DNA of 58,758 nucleotides, filler included, from Thelocarpon superellum (taxonomy: Eukaryota), in NCBI GenBank assembly GCA_026025795.1. It is 3 parts of 3 records of this genome, joined end to end, with 100 filler letters (N's around TTAATTAATTAA, not from the genome) between each part and the next. Parts side by side here need not be neighbours in the genome. Positions count along the whole stretch, not along the records: positions 1 to 19,737 come from JAPEUG010000342.1; positions 19,838 to 39,268 come from JAPEUG010000344.1; 1 more part is not named here. The stretch is one strand, 5' to 3'. A program made the translations under genes and the position numbers. The notes below the pieces were generated by a model, which was not told the DNA's origin, ran no database searches, and was given only the letters and a program-made list of their open reading frames with translations. Positions 12,207 to 23,791 of this stretch are shown one piece after another (position 1 is the first letter of the stretch; every line of letters starts with the position of its first letter).

Positions 12207-12952
12207 ATGATGGTCTCCTAGAGCATTCTTGCTCGATTCCCATCCTTCTGGCGATCATTGCAGGCGTTTTCCCGTTTCACTTATATCACGACCCTCCTTC
12301 AACACGCCTTATGAATAATGGTAGACTCAGTCAGTAATCGCAACCATCATGGTTTTCGTCAGAATACTCTCACACGAACACGCGTAAAGGTATCGCCACC
12401 ACGGGCCGCAGGATCGGGTCTCGTGGTTGTTAGGGCTGACGCCTGGGTCAGAAGCCGTGCGTCGTGCCCATGCGGCGCTATGCCATAAATAGCGCGAGGG
12501 TACGGAGTACGAGGTGCTCATCTTCGCACCCAGACACCCGCGGTCCGGGGACGGGCAGATAAGGGCGCGGGCGTCGGTCGCGTACCGTAGTGTGACACCA
12601 GTCTCTTTCCACGGTGCAGGCCGACGGGCCGAGCTGACTAAGACGTGGGTCGAGCCGGATGCCGTCGTAATCTACCAGACGCCGTCAGACGGCGCGCTCG
12701 TGCGAGTACTCGTTGGACTAGTCGTACGGAGTGCTCGTTCCAGCAACTACTACGGCTGGGAAAGTGTGGGCCCAATGAACGCGACCCTCTCCGAGCAGCT
12801 GCCGTGTGCTCGTTGGTTGTCTCGGTCGGCGGGATAGCCGTCAGTTGGCGTCGAAGCTTCATGAAAAGCCGCTTCTCTTACCATCCTAGGTAGGATCCCT
12901 AGGAGCCAACCGCCCTTATCAACCACCACCGTTTCTCTTCCACCCCCAACCA

Positions 12953-12988
12953 CCCGTAACGAGACGTGATCCCGTAACGAGACGTGAT
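12953..12988. repeat. Perfect 18-bp tandem duplication (CCCGTAACGAGACGTGAT x2) upstream of the nonaspanin gene
   Basis: Units at 12953-12970 and 12971-12988. Confidence 0.9.
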
Positions 12989-13356
12989 CCCAGCGGCGGC
13001 CGCGGCAACGGCAACGGTAACGGCAGCATCGCTCACCGTATGCCTTGAGCCACGCCTACGCTCACCCTCTTCCACCCGGGTACTCCGTGCCCATTCCATT
13101 CGTTTCTCCTAGACAACCCTTCGAGTCTCGACCGCGAGCCGGTGTCACGTCCGACGCAAGCGGCACCTCGGTGCCCCGGCCAACTTCCTCCTCTTCCTCT
13201 CCGGAGCGCTCTCCTCGCCGGACGTGTCTACTCTCGCCTCGTGCAGCTTCCATCAATTGGCACGAGTCGCACGGGGCGTGACCGCTTGCACCCCCTCTCC
13301 GGGCGCTCTCGTCGACGCTCACGCCGCTCGGCTCACCGGCTGTGAGCAGACGGAAG

Positions 13357-15803
13357 ATGCACGCCGACTTCCGGATAGTGCGGTCTTCGCTCCTCGTCGC
13401 GGCCTTGTGCCTCTCGCTGGTCGACGCCTTCTACATTCCAGGTAAGATCGCTCTGGTGCGAGTCGCGTTGGACTTCGCCGTCAATCCTTCTCGCCGCCAG
13501 ATGCACATACTGATCCGATGCAGGATGGTCGATCAAGAGCTACATAGACGACGAGGCGATCCCGCTCTTCGTCAATAAGGTCTACTCTGATAACACGGAA
13601 CTGCAATATGCCTACTACGATCTCCCATTCGTAAGTCTGCGTCGAGGCGTCAGCCGCCGAATGGTGAACCATGAGCCCATCTGACCGCTCAATCCGACAG
13701 GTCTGCCCGCCCACGGGCCGCAAGCATCCCGATTCGCATCTTGTGAGTGGGCATAGCATTCCGTTGAACCTCGGTGAGGTTCTTCGTGGCGATCGGATCC
13801 GCACGTCGGATTATGACGTGCGCATGGGCGTCGACGATGAGTGCCGATATCTCTGCACGCATGAGATCGACCGTCGTGGCCTGAAGCGCGCTCGTGACTT
13901 GATTGGCGACGGCTATGTGGCCGAGTGGATTGTCGACAACCTCCCGGGTGCGACCAGCTTCGTGACCGTGGACAAGACGCGCAAATATTATGCGACGGGT
14001 TTCAAGATCGGCGAGAAGGATTACTCGCCCACGACGGGGAAGCCGCGATACTTCCTGTACAACCACGTGACCATGGTGATTCGATGGAGGGCTGCGCCGG
14101 GCCGAGAGGGAGAGCTCGGGGGCAAGGTCATCGTTGGTTTCGAGGTGTATCCCAAAAGCATTGGGGGCGAAGATCGCAACGCCACCGGCTGTCCTTACAA
14201 CCCGCATGAGGGCTCGGAGATGATGCAGCTCTATCTACCGCCGAACCGCACCGATGCGGCACCCAGGTATCCTGACTCCTCTTACATCCCGCCGGAAGAG
14301 GAAGAGGAGGAGAGTGGGGATGACGCGGCAACTTTGTCGATTCCCTACACCTACTCGATCTACTTCCGCGAGGACGACCGGGTGGAGTGGTCCAATCGAT
14401 GGGACATGTACTTTGTCAACCAAGAAGAGAGCTCCAAGATCCATTGGCTCTCCATCCTCAACTCGCTCATCATCGCTGGCCTGCTGACCAGCTTCGTGGC
14501 CGTCATCTTGGCGCGGACGATTCGGGGCGACATCAAGGGCTACACCAAGGACGCCGTGACCGAGGATGGCAAGATCCGGCTCCGCAAGAAGAAGTCCATG
14601 ACGGACGTCCAGCTGCTGCGCAGTGAGAAGTCATCCGAGGGCCTGTTGGATCAGAACGGCGAGGCGGAGAATGATGGAGACCTGTCGTCAGACGAGGAGT
14701 CCCTCGACGATGTGGCAGGGTGGAAGCTTCTGCACGGCGACGTCTTTCGAACGCCACCCAACGGTGGACTGCTGGCGCCCCTGGTTGGGTCGGGAATGCA
14801 GCTAGTGTTCATGGCAGGTGGCTTGCTGACCCTCAGCTGTCTTGGGGTGCTCAACCCCAGCTTCCGTGGGGGCTTCGTGAGCGTCGGGATGGGACTCTTC
14901 GTCTTCGCCGGTCTCTTCTCGGGCTACTTCTCGGCGCGGGTGTACAAGACGTTTGGTGGAGTGAACTGGCGGAAGAATACCCTGATGACGGCGCTCTTGT
15001 TCCCCGGCCTGCTATTTACCCTCTTCTTTGTCCTGAACTTGTTCGTCTGGGCGCAGGCCTCGAGCACGGCGCTCCCGTTCGGCACGCTCATCGCGCTGGC
15101 AGCCCTGTGGCTGTTCATCCAATTACCGCTCGTGTCCGCAGGCAGTTGGTACGGATACCATCGCACGGGCGCGTGGGAGCATCCAACCAAGACGAACATC
15201 ATTCCACGCCAGATCCCGCCGCAGGCTTGGTTTCTCCAACCGCGTCAATGCGTCGCGCTGGCGGGTCTACTGCCGTTCGCCGTCATCTTCGTCGAGCTCC
15301 TATTCGTGTTCCAGAGCTTGTGGCAGGACAAGAGCGGCTACTACTACGTCTTTGGCTTCTTGGCCGCGGTCAGTCTTATCCTGGTCATCACGGTGATCGA
15401 GGTGACGATCGTAACGACGTACTTTCAATTGTGCGCCGAGGTAAGTCCCGCAGCCGCTGTCGAAGGACCTAGGACCGGATTGACTGAGGTCTAGAATTAT
15501 CACTGGTGGTGGCAATCCTTCTTTGTCGGTGGGGCCAGCGCCGGCTGGGTCTTTCTGTACTGCCTCTGGTACTACTTTGCCAAGCTCCACATCCAAGGCT
15601 TCGTGTCTAGCATGCTGTTCTTCAGCTACAGCTTTGTGGCATGCTTGGTGTATGGTCTCTTGACGGGGACGGTGGGGTTCCTAACGGCGTATGCCTTTGT
15701 ACGGCGAATCTACGGGTAAGTGACGACTCGTCTATGGGCCGTGGTTGGGGAGAATGCAATCCGACTAACACATTTCCGCGATAGTGCCATCAAGGCCGAT
15801 TAG
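13357..15803 (+). CDS. Transmembrane 9 superfamily / EMP70 (nonaspanin) endomembrane protein, Tmn3-like; 5 exons
   Basis: Exons 13357-13441, 13524-13630, 13701-15440, 15495-15715, 15785-15803. Signal peptide then FYIPG, YAYYDLPFVCP, LNLGEVLRGDRI, WIVDNLPGAT, IHWLSILNSL, GWKLLHGDVFRTP, ENYHWWW, C-terminal RRIYGAIKAD. Confidence 0.95.
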
Positions 15804-16883
15804 TCCTGACCTGCGTAGTCGCAGGCGAACCTATCCGCTCTCTTGCAGCGGTTGACGAAAATGTGTCTCCTCGTGATCTCGGGCTACCAGTGAAGGGTGT
15901 CATGGCGTTTTGACCCTTCCTCTTCGGCACTTAGGGTGCATTTTCACGTTGCGGAGCGACGCACGACCACGCATCGACGTTGAACCCCACCAGAGTAGAG
16001 ATATTTGAATAATGTTGATCTCCCTTAACGAGATGTTTCTGGTCGCCACCAGGACGTTGACGGCGATCTCAAAATTGCACGGTGCCCACAGGCCGTGGAT
16101 ACCCCGTGGGCAGCCTTCTGGACGAGTACGGACGGGTGCTACCAGTAGTACAGGTGCGGGTAATGATCACTCGCACACGTGGAAAGCCATCGACGTTGAT
16201 GTCTGCAGACACCAGACGGAAGCAGAGCAGCCGCCGGCCCGGTATCGAGCACCGGTCTGACCCTAGAGGATTAGATCCTGATGGTGCCTCTGGCTGCCGG
16301 CACGCCAGCACAGACCGAGTGACGTGGTTCGTCGTCACCGCTTACTGAGCCAAGGTCCCAACGTACCTGAACCTCGGGGAACGGATTTTATTTAGGCTCT
16401 GGTGCACAGACGGCCACGCCACGCTCCAAATTGGTACGAGTACTTCTTGTACGGCGACAGAACTGAGTCACTTGTAAGCATCCCCATCGCGGCGCTGGGA
16501 ACGACGCGATTCATCTGCCGCATTTGACATCATTGGAGCACGGTAGGAGAGCGTGCGGCGTCGCCGAATAAGGTACTGGCCACCTCCTTCCACACGCTAG
16601 AAGATCGTACTTCCGCCGCGCGAAAATTCCAGACAGCCTCCGGTCGTGGGCCATCAAATTACCGTGTATCAAGGTGCGGGATGTGCATGAGGCTGATCAT
16701 GACCTTGCCGGACCCGGCATCTGATGGCGCTCGCAAGGAGCAGTGGAAATGCCAGGTCGAAAGTCCTAGATGCTACGTGAAGAGTTCTAGGCACCGTCCT
16801 GAAAATCCCGGATTGATTTGCGTCCGCGGAGACCAAACACGTCCAGGAAGTGATTTCACGGAAAGGTGGATACGAAGTACTTT

Positions 16884-16921
16884 GTACATCTGTACCGTAC
16901 ATCTGTACCGTACATCTGTAC
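16884..16921. repeat. 13-bp tandem repeat (GTACATCTGTACC) x about 2.9, intergenic
   Basis: gtacatctgtacc gtacatctgtacc gtacatctgtac read directly. Confidence 0.85.
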
Positions 16922-17866
16922 GAGCATCGTCAGGAAACAATAACCCGATTGGGTATTGCAGGTATCCCAAGCACGGGGACGAGTACTTTGATCATGGCGG
17001 TCACAGCTCCCTGCTCCACTATTCGCGGCAAGCTGTTGCCCGTGCCTGGTCAGGCGCTTCCATGCCTGACGTATTGCAATAGATAATAGGTTGGAAATCG
17101 ATATGAATACGCCGTGTCGTGTGTTGTGCCGCATTATGCATCGAGAGTCATCTGGGTAAAGCTTAGTTGTAGGCGGAGGCCGATGTCAAGTGAAGGGCGT
17201 GCCTAGCCACGCGCCTGCATCGCTGGAACGCGGGCGCAACATGAGCCGTCCCATAGGGCGAGCACGGCTGTGGGTCAAGCGACCGGCAGCCTAAGCGAGC
17301 CCAGCAAGGTTTCGCCGACCGACTTCCAAAGTCAAACCAGTTGCAAAGGATGTGGATGCAGCCACCAGAAGGTATGATACGGGGCGTCAAGCACGACCCC
17401 GGATAGAGAATGCCGGCGGGCCCCTGGAGTTCTTGCCGATGACTCAATGTTGATCGATGCTGTTACGTCCAGGAGCGTCTTAGTTACGAGAATTTCAAGG
17501 TGAGGAGCAGCCATAAGAAGGGCCCCAGTCGACGTCCGCCACTTCTTGTCAACGACAGGAAGTGCAATTGAGGTGTCCAGGTGTCTCTGTCGGACCAGAC
17601 CGCCCCTGCTTTATCCTGTCATCATCTCGGGTCATCGCACTACCGGATTCCCCCACATCGTCCTTGCCTTGGTCGCTTGACCGGCCTCATCATCCCAGAC
17701 GTGTGCCCCATCGGCGGTGTAGCTACTGCCCGCCCTCGCGCTCCTGTCGGGACCCTCGACGAGACTGTGTCGCGCGGCACCATAACGGACCGCCGTGCTT
17801 CTTCCTGGCTGTCACGTACTTTCTCCAGGCTGAGCGGGGCGTTACCGCTCACCCATCATCGCCATC

Positions 17867-19611
17867 ATGGTGTATACCGATTCCGTCTCGACTCGAGGCA
17901 CCCTCCGAGACCAGGTACTCGCGATCGCCCACCCAAATGTTCCCACTGCGGACATCCAGGTACACCAACAGAATGAACAAACCGTGCTCATCTACACGTC
18001 GGGAGACCGCGTGGAGGGGGAGGTATTGGTGAAGTCGGCTCAGGATTGTCGATTTGATAGCGTCCATATCACCTTGGATGGTGAGTATCATTACCATCTT
18101 CTCATCAAGGCTCGCAGCTGACCAAGAACGCACCAGGCTTTTCCAAGACTTATGTCGAGAATATGGCTGCCACGACGGCGACTACGTCGCGATCCGACGC
18201 CTTTCATCCCTTTCTGAAGCTGGAGATGCCGACCAACGAAGCGCTGTATCCCCAGCCTCGCATCTTCGCAGCCGGCCAGACCTACCGATTTCCCTTCACC
18301 TTTGTCATCCCACATCAGCTCCTGCCGGGGTCGTGCTCGCACACGTGCGACAGCGACGCCATTCACCAGGCCCATCTCCGACTACCCCCGACGCTCGCGG
18401 ACCGCAATTCGGTAGAGGAGGGGCAGAAGATGCTGTACGACTTCGGACCGATGATGACTAGAGTTTCTTATGGCATCAAGGTCGCAATCCGGCGCCATCG
18501 CCAGAGCGATGACAAGGATGTTCTGCTCGTGGAGAAGATCCGCAAAATTCGCGTCATGCCAGCTTCGCAGGAGGAACCGCCACTTAGCGTGGACGATCAG
18601 GACCGCGAATATCGGCTGCGCAAGGAAAAGGTGATGAAGAAGGGTCTATTCAAGGGCAAGATGGGATCCATTGTGGTCGACGCGGCGCAGCCCAAGAGTC
18701 TGTGTCTTCCTCCGCCCCGGTCCGTGGCTGGGCAGACGTCGTCGACGATGCTCTGCCTGGTAGTTCGATTCGATCCCACGAACGATTCGGTTGATCCGCC
18801 ACGACTTGGGGTGCTGACCAGCAAGCTGAAGGTCAACACATATTACGCCTCACGGCCGATGAATGACGTCCCGCGCCGGAGCGGTCCGCTGATCGGCCGG
18901 CTCCGGGGACTCTTTGCTGAACACGTCACGCTCTCGTCACGCTGTGTCCAGTCGGCGCAGTGGACCCGGTTTGATCCCACCGATCTCCGCCGTGACTCGG
19001 CCTGGTCGTCGGCGTCGACGGCGACGGGATCCGAAGGACCGATCCCACTTGCGTCGGATACGTATAAAGGGGGCATCTTCTACACCAGCAAGGTGCTGGT
19101 CCCGGTCAGCCTACCCAAGGACAAGACATTTGTCCCCACCTTCCACTCGTGTCTCCTCAGCCGGGTGTACGTCATCGAGCTGGGCCTCCAGGTGCATACA
19201 CCGAGCTCCACTCGACGTCAGTACACGCTCAAGCTACGGGTACCCGTGCAAGTCACGCAAGCGCGCAACTTTGCCACGTCGGCGGCCAACGTCATCGCCG
19301 AAGAGGAGGCGGCGGTCGACAGCTTCTTCGATCCACGCACGACGACGCCGACGGATACAATGCTCGCACAGGCGTCGCAACCGCTCCCGAGCGCCCGCGC
19401 GCCCACTGTCGGTTCGATAGGCTCGTCTGCTCCCCTACTGCAATCGGGTCAATGGGCACAAGAGGGATCGGGAGAGTCGGAAGGAATCTCGGAGGGGTCT
19501 CACCGGTCCATAGTGGCACCGCCACCAGGCTATTCTTTTTTTGCGGGAGCTAGTCACGGCATTCCGGTCAGGATCCCGAGCCCAGTGGGGATCTCGCCTG
19601 GTTGTGGCTAG
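17867..19611 (+). CDS. Alpha-arrestin-like (arrestin N/C domain) protein, probable Rsp5 adaptor; 2 exons
   Basis: Exons 17867-18080 and 18137-19611 (GTGAGT..CAG). Arrestin motifs YTSGDRVEGEV, FPFTFVIP, LPPTL, VSYGIKV, FVPTFHSCLLSRVYVIELGL; C-terminal PY motif PPPGY. Confidence 0.88.
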
Positions 19612-19737
19612 ACCCGGTGCGGAACGTCCCGATGTTTTCGACCGATGATGGCGTATGCTTTATATATTAGTTCCAGGGTATTGGTTTGGGTTACTCTGGT
19701 TGTCTGGCGTGGGGTTTTACGGTATGGGCTGATATTG

Positions 19738-19837
19738 NNNNNNNNNNNNNNNNNNNNNNNNNNNNNNNNNNNNNNNNNNNNTTAATTAATTAANNNNNNN
19801 NNNNNNNNNNNNNNNNNNNNNNNNNNNNNNNNNNNNN
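19738..19837. other. Assembly spacer: 44 N + TTAATTAATTAA + 44 N
   Basis: The 12-mer at 19782-19793 places stops in all six frames and is identical to the second spacer; not biological. Confidence 0.97.
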
Positions 19838-19867
19838 GGCCCCAACCTCGCCTCTCCACCGTCTGCG

Positions 19868-22794
19868 ATGGGAGCGCGAAAGCGTGGCCATGAGGAGCTC
19901 GAGGCGTCTGCCCCCGCGCAGCCAGCGAGCAGGCTGCATCGTCTCCGGAACATGTGGCAATTTGCCAATTTGTTCCAGTTCCTCTTTACTTTTGGCAAGG
20001 CCATCAAGCTGGAGGACGAGGTGGACATCGAGGTACGTGGGATGGTGGCCATTGCCTCCCGCCGTGTCCCACATCACGCCGTGGTGCGTCGCGCATGCTG
20101 ACCTACCCAGGACCTCGAGCAAGAGTGTCTGAAGCCAGGCCACTCCGCTAGACTCTCGGAGATCGGGCTGGCCTTGCTGAAATTCGTCTCCTCACATCGC
20201 GGACTGACGTGAGGATGCGCTTGCTCGTCGCTGGCCGAAACGCTACGCCGCCATGCTAATCAGTCTCTAGCCCCGACCTGTTCGACGAGTATGCGCGGCG
20301 ACAGTACCAAGCTAAAGCACCCACGCGCAACCCCTTCGGCGACGACGAGGTCCCGCGTGCCTTCGTCGAATTTGATATCTTCACCAAGGTCACCACGCCC
20401 CTACCTTGATCCGGTTGTATCTCGTTCAGGTGCTGATACGGCACAGATCAATGTCCTCTGGCAGCTCTCGCAATGGACGCTATCCTACAGCGAGCGGTTG
20501 CGGGAGCGGATGCCGGAACAGAAGGAGACTGAGCAAACATACTGGGTATGGCCGCCGAACCCCGCAGGAATCGCTCGGGACGCCACTGACGGGGACGGGG
20601 TGGCACAGCGCGTGGAACCGATCGGGTGGGACTCGCAAGATCGCACATACCTGGTCTTAGATGACAACCGACTCTATCGTCAGACCGACGCACCCTTGCC
20701 CGTGCCGACGCCGACGCCGACGCCGAAGAAGAACTCGAAAAAGGCCAAAGCCGCGGCCCGGGCGAGCAAACGAAGACGACAGTCGACCCCCGAGGCGGAT
20801 GACAAAGGCGACGAGGAGAACGGCGTGGCGAACGGGGTGCACGAGGACTTGCTGGGAGGCCGGCAGTGGGAGTGTATCGCCGTGACGCTGGACGATTACC
20901 GGTCGTTCCTGGCCAAACTTGCACGGACGCGCGATGCGGATGAGAAGATCCTCATCCAGCAAATTACCCAACACATCCTGCCCGTCGTCGAAAGGGCCGA
21001 GGAGGCGTTGCAGCGAAAGGCGGCCAAGCGACATCGCGAGCTCCTCAACCTTGAGAAGTTGGCCACAGCCAAGCGGTCCAGTCGGATCGCGGGCAAGGCT
21101 GAGAAGCAGAAGGAGGTCGAGGAAGCGGCCGAGGCCGAGCGGAAACAGCGGGTCGACGAAGAAATGGCGCTGCGGGGGCAGGAGAAGATGAGGAAGATGG
21201 AGCAGGTACGTGACCCACGACGACGACGACGACGGGATTGCTACCCCAGCGCCGCTGACAGCTCGGACAGGAGCGAGAGCACCGCATCGCGACTCGTGAA
21301 CAACGGGTGCGTGAGCGCGAGACGCGTCGCATCCTCCATGAAGAGGAGCTGGCTAGCCTGTCCGAAGATGGCAAGAAGATCGAAGGAGGCCAAGGCCGGA
21401 TGTCGGAGCGGCACCTCAAGGCCGAGATGGAGAAGCGGAAGAAGGCGCTGGAGGAGCTGGCGCAAGAAGACGAATGGGTCTTTGACTGCTCCGGCTGCGG
21501 CCTGCATGGCGAGAATCTCGTGAGCCTCCCCCCACGCCGCATGGCGCCATGCGATCGAGGTCAGCATCTGACGACGGGACAGGACGATGGTACCGGCATC
21601 ATCGCCTGCGAGAAGTGCACCGTCTGGCAACACCTGGCCTGTCTCCACCTCCGACCCGATGCGGCCGAGCAAGCCGACTTCCACTTCGTGTGCGCGCTCT
21701 GCCAGCGTCGCGTGGCCGACCGCGAGAAGCAGGCCAAGCATCCGCTCAAACTGGACTTCCGCAAGCTGGGCGCATCGGTCTCACCGCCGACCGACATGAC
21801 CGGAGCGGGGGGAAAGAACGGCGACCACCGGGCTCCGAAGGCTCAAAATAGCAACAGCGCCTGGTCCACGGCGACCCCAACGCCACCACCCCCTCAAGCT
21901 CGAGGCCCCACCCACAACGGCCCCGTTGCAGCCACATTCTTCACGTCGTCGACCCACCATAAGCCGCCATCTGCCACAATCCCACCACAGCCGATACGAC
22001 CCTTGAATGGCCATCTCGCACCCTCCACACCCACCGTCTCTCAATGGGACCCTGCGCCACCCACCAACACCGCCTCTCCCCTTCGGGCCCCTCCGATCGG
22101 GCTTGCACAGAGCATCTCCGCGGATGCGACCCGGCCGATTCAGCCGACCGTTCCGCGAGCGCAAGAAGATGTAGTGGGCGCGGACGTGACTCTCACCAAT
22201 GCGGGGGCGGCTTTGACTGCGGCGACTAGCCGGGCGCCCGTGCCGGCATCTCAGCCTCGACCCCTTCCTGCTCTCAGTCGAGACCCTGAGCATTCTATGC
22301 TGGAGCCAAAGCAGTCGACGCACCCCCCCGCAGAGGCAACGTCTGCGGGTGTCCATTGGCCCACGCTCTCGCCGACGCACTGGAACAAAGAGCACCTGCC
22401 CTCCGCCGCGCCCACCGTCGGCATCAGCCCTAACGGCGCCCCAGCGCCGTCGGCTACGAGATCGGATCATTTGGAAGGCAAGCCGACATCGTCGTCATTA
22501 TCGTCACCCCCACCGCCGTTGTCGTCGACTCTCTGGTCGACTGTGTCTGATTCGCTCCGTGGCCCACCCGCCGTGGGACGTCCGCCCGCGGCGCCCGCGC
22601 CACTGCCTGGCCTGTCACCTATCAAGCCCTCCCCGTCCAGCACCACCTCCCACCATCAACCCCGTGACCCTCTCATTCTCGCGCCCGGCCCCGCCTTGAG
22701 CCCTAGCCCTCGCGCCATCGATCTCACGCCCCCCTCCAAGGCACCGACGCCAGATCAGCGTCAGCCGAATGGTGATGGGGGACGTCAAGCGTGA
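19868..22794 (+). CDS. DDT-like/WHIM-motif plus PHD-finger chromatin protein (probable ISWI-complex accessory subunit); about 7 exons
   Basis: LRNMWQFANLFQFLFTF (DDT-like), DLEQECL, FDIFTKINVLWQLSQW (WHIM1-like), RVEPIGWDSQDRTYLVLDDNRLYR and WECIAVTLDDY (WHIM2/3-like), KRSSRIA, PHD FDCSGCG..IACEKCTVWQHLAC..FVCALC, Pro/Ser-rich tail. GT-AG introns start near 20033, 20209, 20389, 20546, 21206 and 21520. Confidence 0.8.
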
Positions 22795-23434
22795 CATCGA
22801 TCGATCTATCGCATCACGCTGTTCCCGTGCCCGTGCCCGCTCCAGGGACGCCCCGGCTCGTGCGTCCGCGGTGTAGAGGTCTTGGCGGCGCCGGCATTGC
22901 GCCCTTCCCTTTTCTTTCTGTCCTGATGGTGGTAGACGCGAAACGAACAAGGAAAACGATCGAATCTGGACCTACGTCCCGGAGGGTTAGGGTTCACGGA
23001 GTCTTGGAGGCCTGGAAGCCTATCTATTATTGACCGTGCTGGCGACGAGTCAGGTTCGTCTATTGATCGTAGCCGGGTAGAGGCAGCTTCTACTCGCATC
23101 TGCCGACCGCCCTGGTCTCGACCCGATTCTACATGGGTCGCGTGTGATGAGCGACGAGCGACGGGCTACGAGCATCCCGCGAGGCCGATCGAAGCGAATG
23201 GGTGGGTGATGCGGGGAATGGGAAAGGGAGACTGAGGGATGGGAGGGTAGAGGAGACGGAGGACCAGGTGTGAGATAGCTGGCCGGCGACAAGCGGGTGG
23301 CGCGCATCTGTCATGTCTCTCGATCCACCCGAGATCATCAAGCGTTTGGATCGCATCGCGTCGCCTCCGGACCCGGTGACGAGGCATGACGACACTGCAT
23401 CCTCATCCTTGCTCTGCTCGCGGTCCGCTGGAGC

Positions 23435-23791
23435 ATGGCATCATACCGTGCTCGTGCCCATGCTCGTGCGGGAGGGGATGCGGAGACAGCAGCCGCGACC
23501 ATCATCCTACGTCGCCCGACCAACCATCCTGCCCTTCGCCTCGTCCCCCTTCGTCCTTCACCCGCATCCAGCACCGGCACCAGCACCAGCGCCGGCACCA
23601 GCGTCCACACCAGCACCACCCTCACTCCTCACGGCGCGCCCAAGGCCTCTCATTCGGCCCCTCTGCGCGACGGATCCAAAGCCATCGACGACTTTTGGGA
23701 GCAGAGACGGCAAGACCACTCGCCCGGAAGCGAGGACAATTGCAACTTGGCCTGGTCTCTACTAGAGACATACAAGTGGATCCGCGGATGA
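23435..23791 (+). CDS. Candidate small hypothetical protein (118 aa)
   Basis: ATG in GAGCATGG context; the C-terminal third (GSKAIDDFWEQRRQDHSPGSEDNCNLAWSLLETYKWIRG) looks protein-like. No homology evidence available. Confidence 0.3.
   Translation: MASYRARAHARAGGDAETAAATIILRRPTNHPALRLVPLRPSPASSTGTSTSAGTSVHTSTTLTPHGAPKASHSAPLRDGSKAIDDFWEQRRQDHSPGSEDNCNLAWSLLETYKWIRG

Noticed and set aside
19782..19793. TTAATTAATTAA palindrome as a transposon footprint or regulatory site
   Set aside because: It sits exactly mid-gap in both N-runs with identical 44-N flanks; it is an assembly linker.
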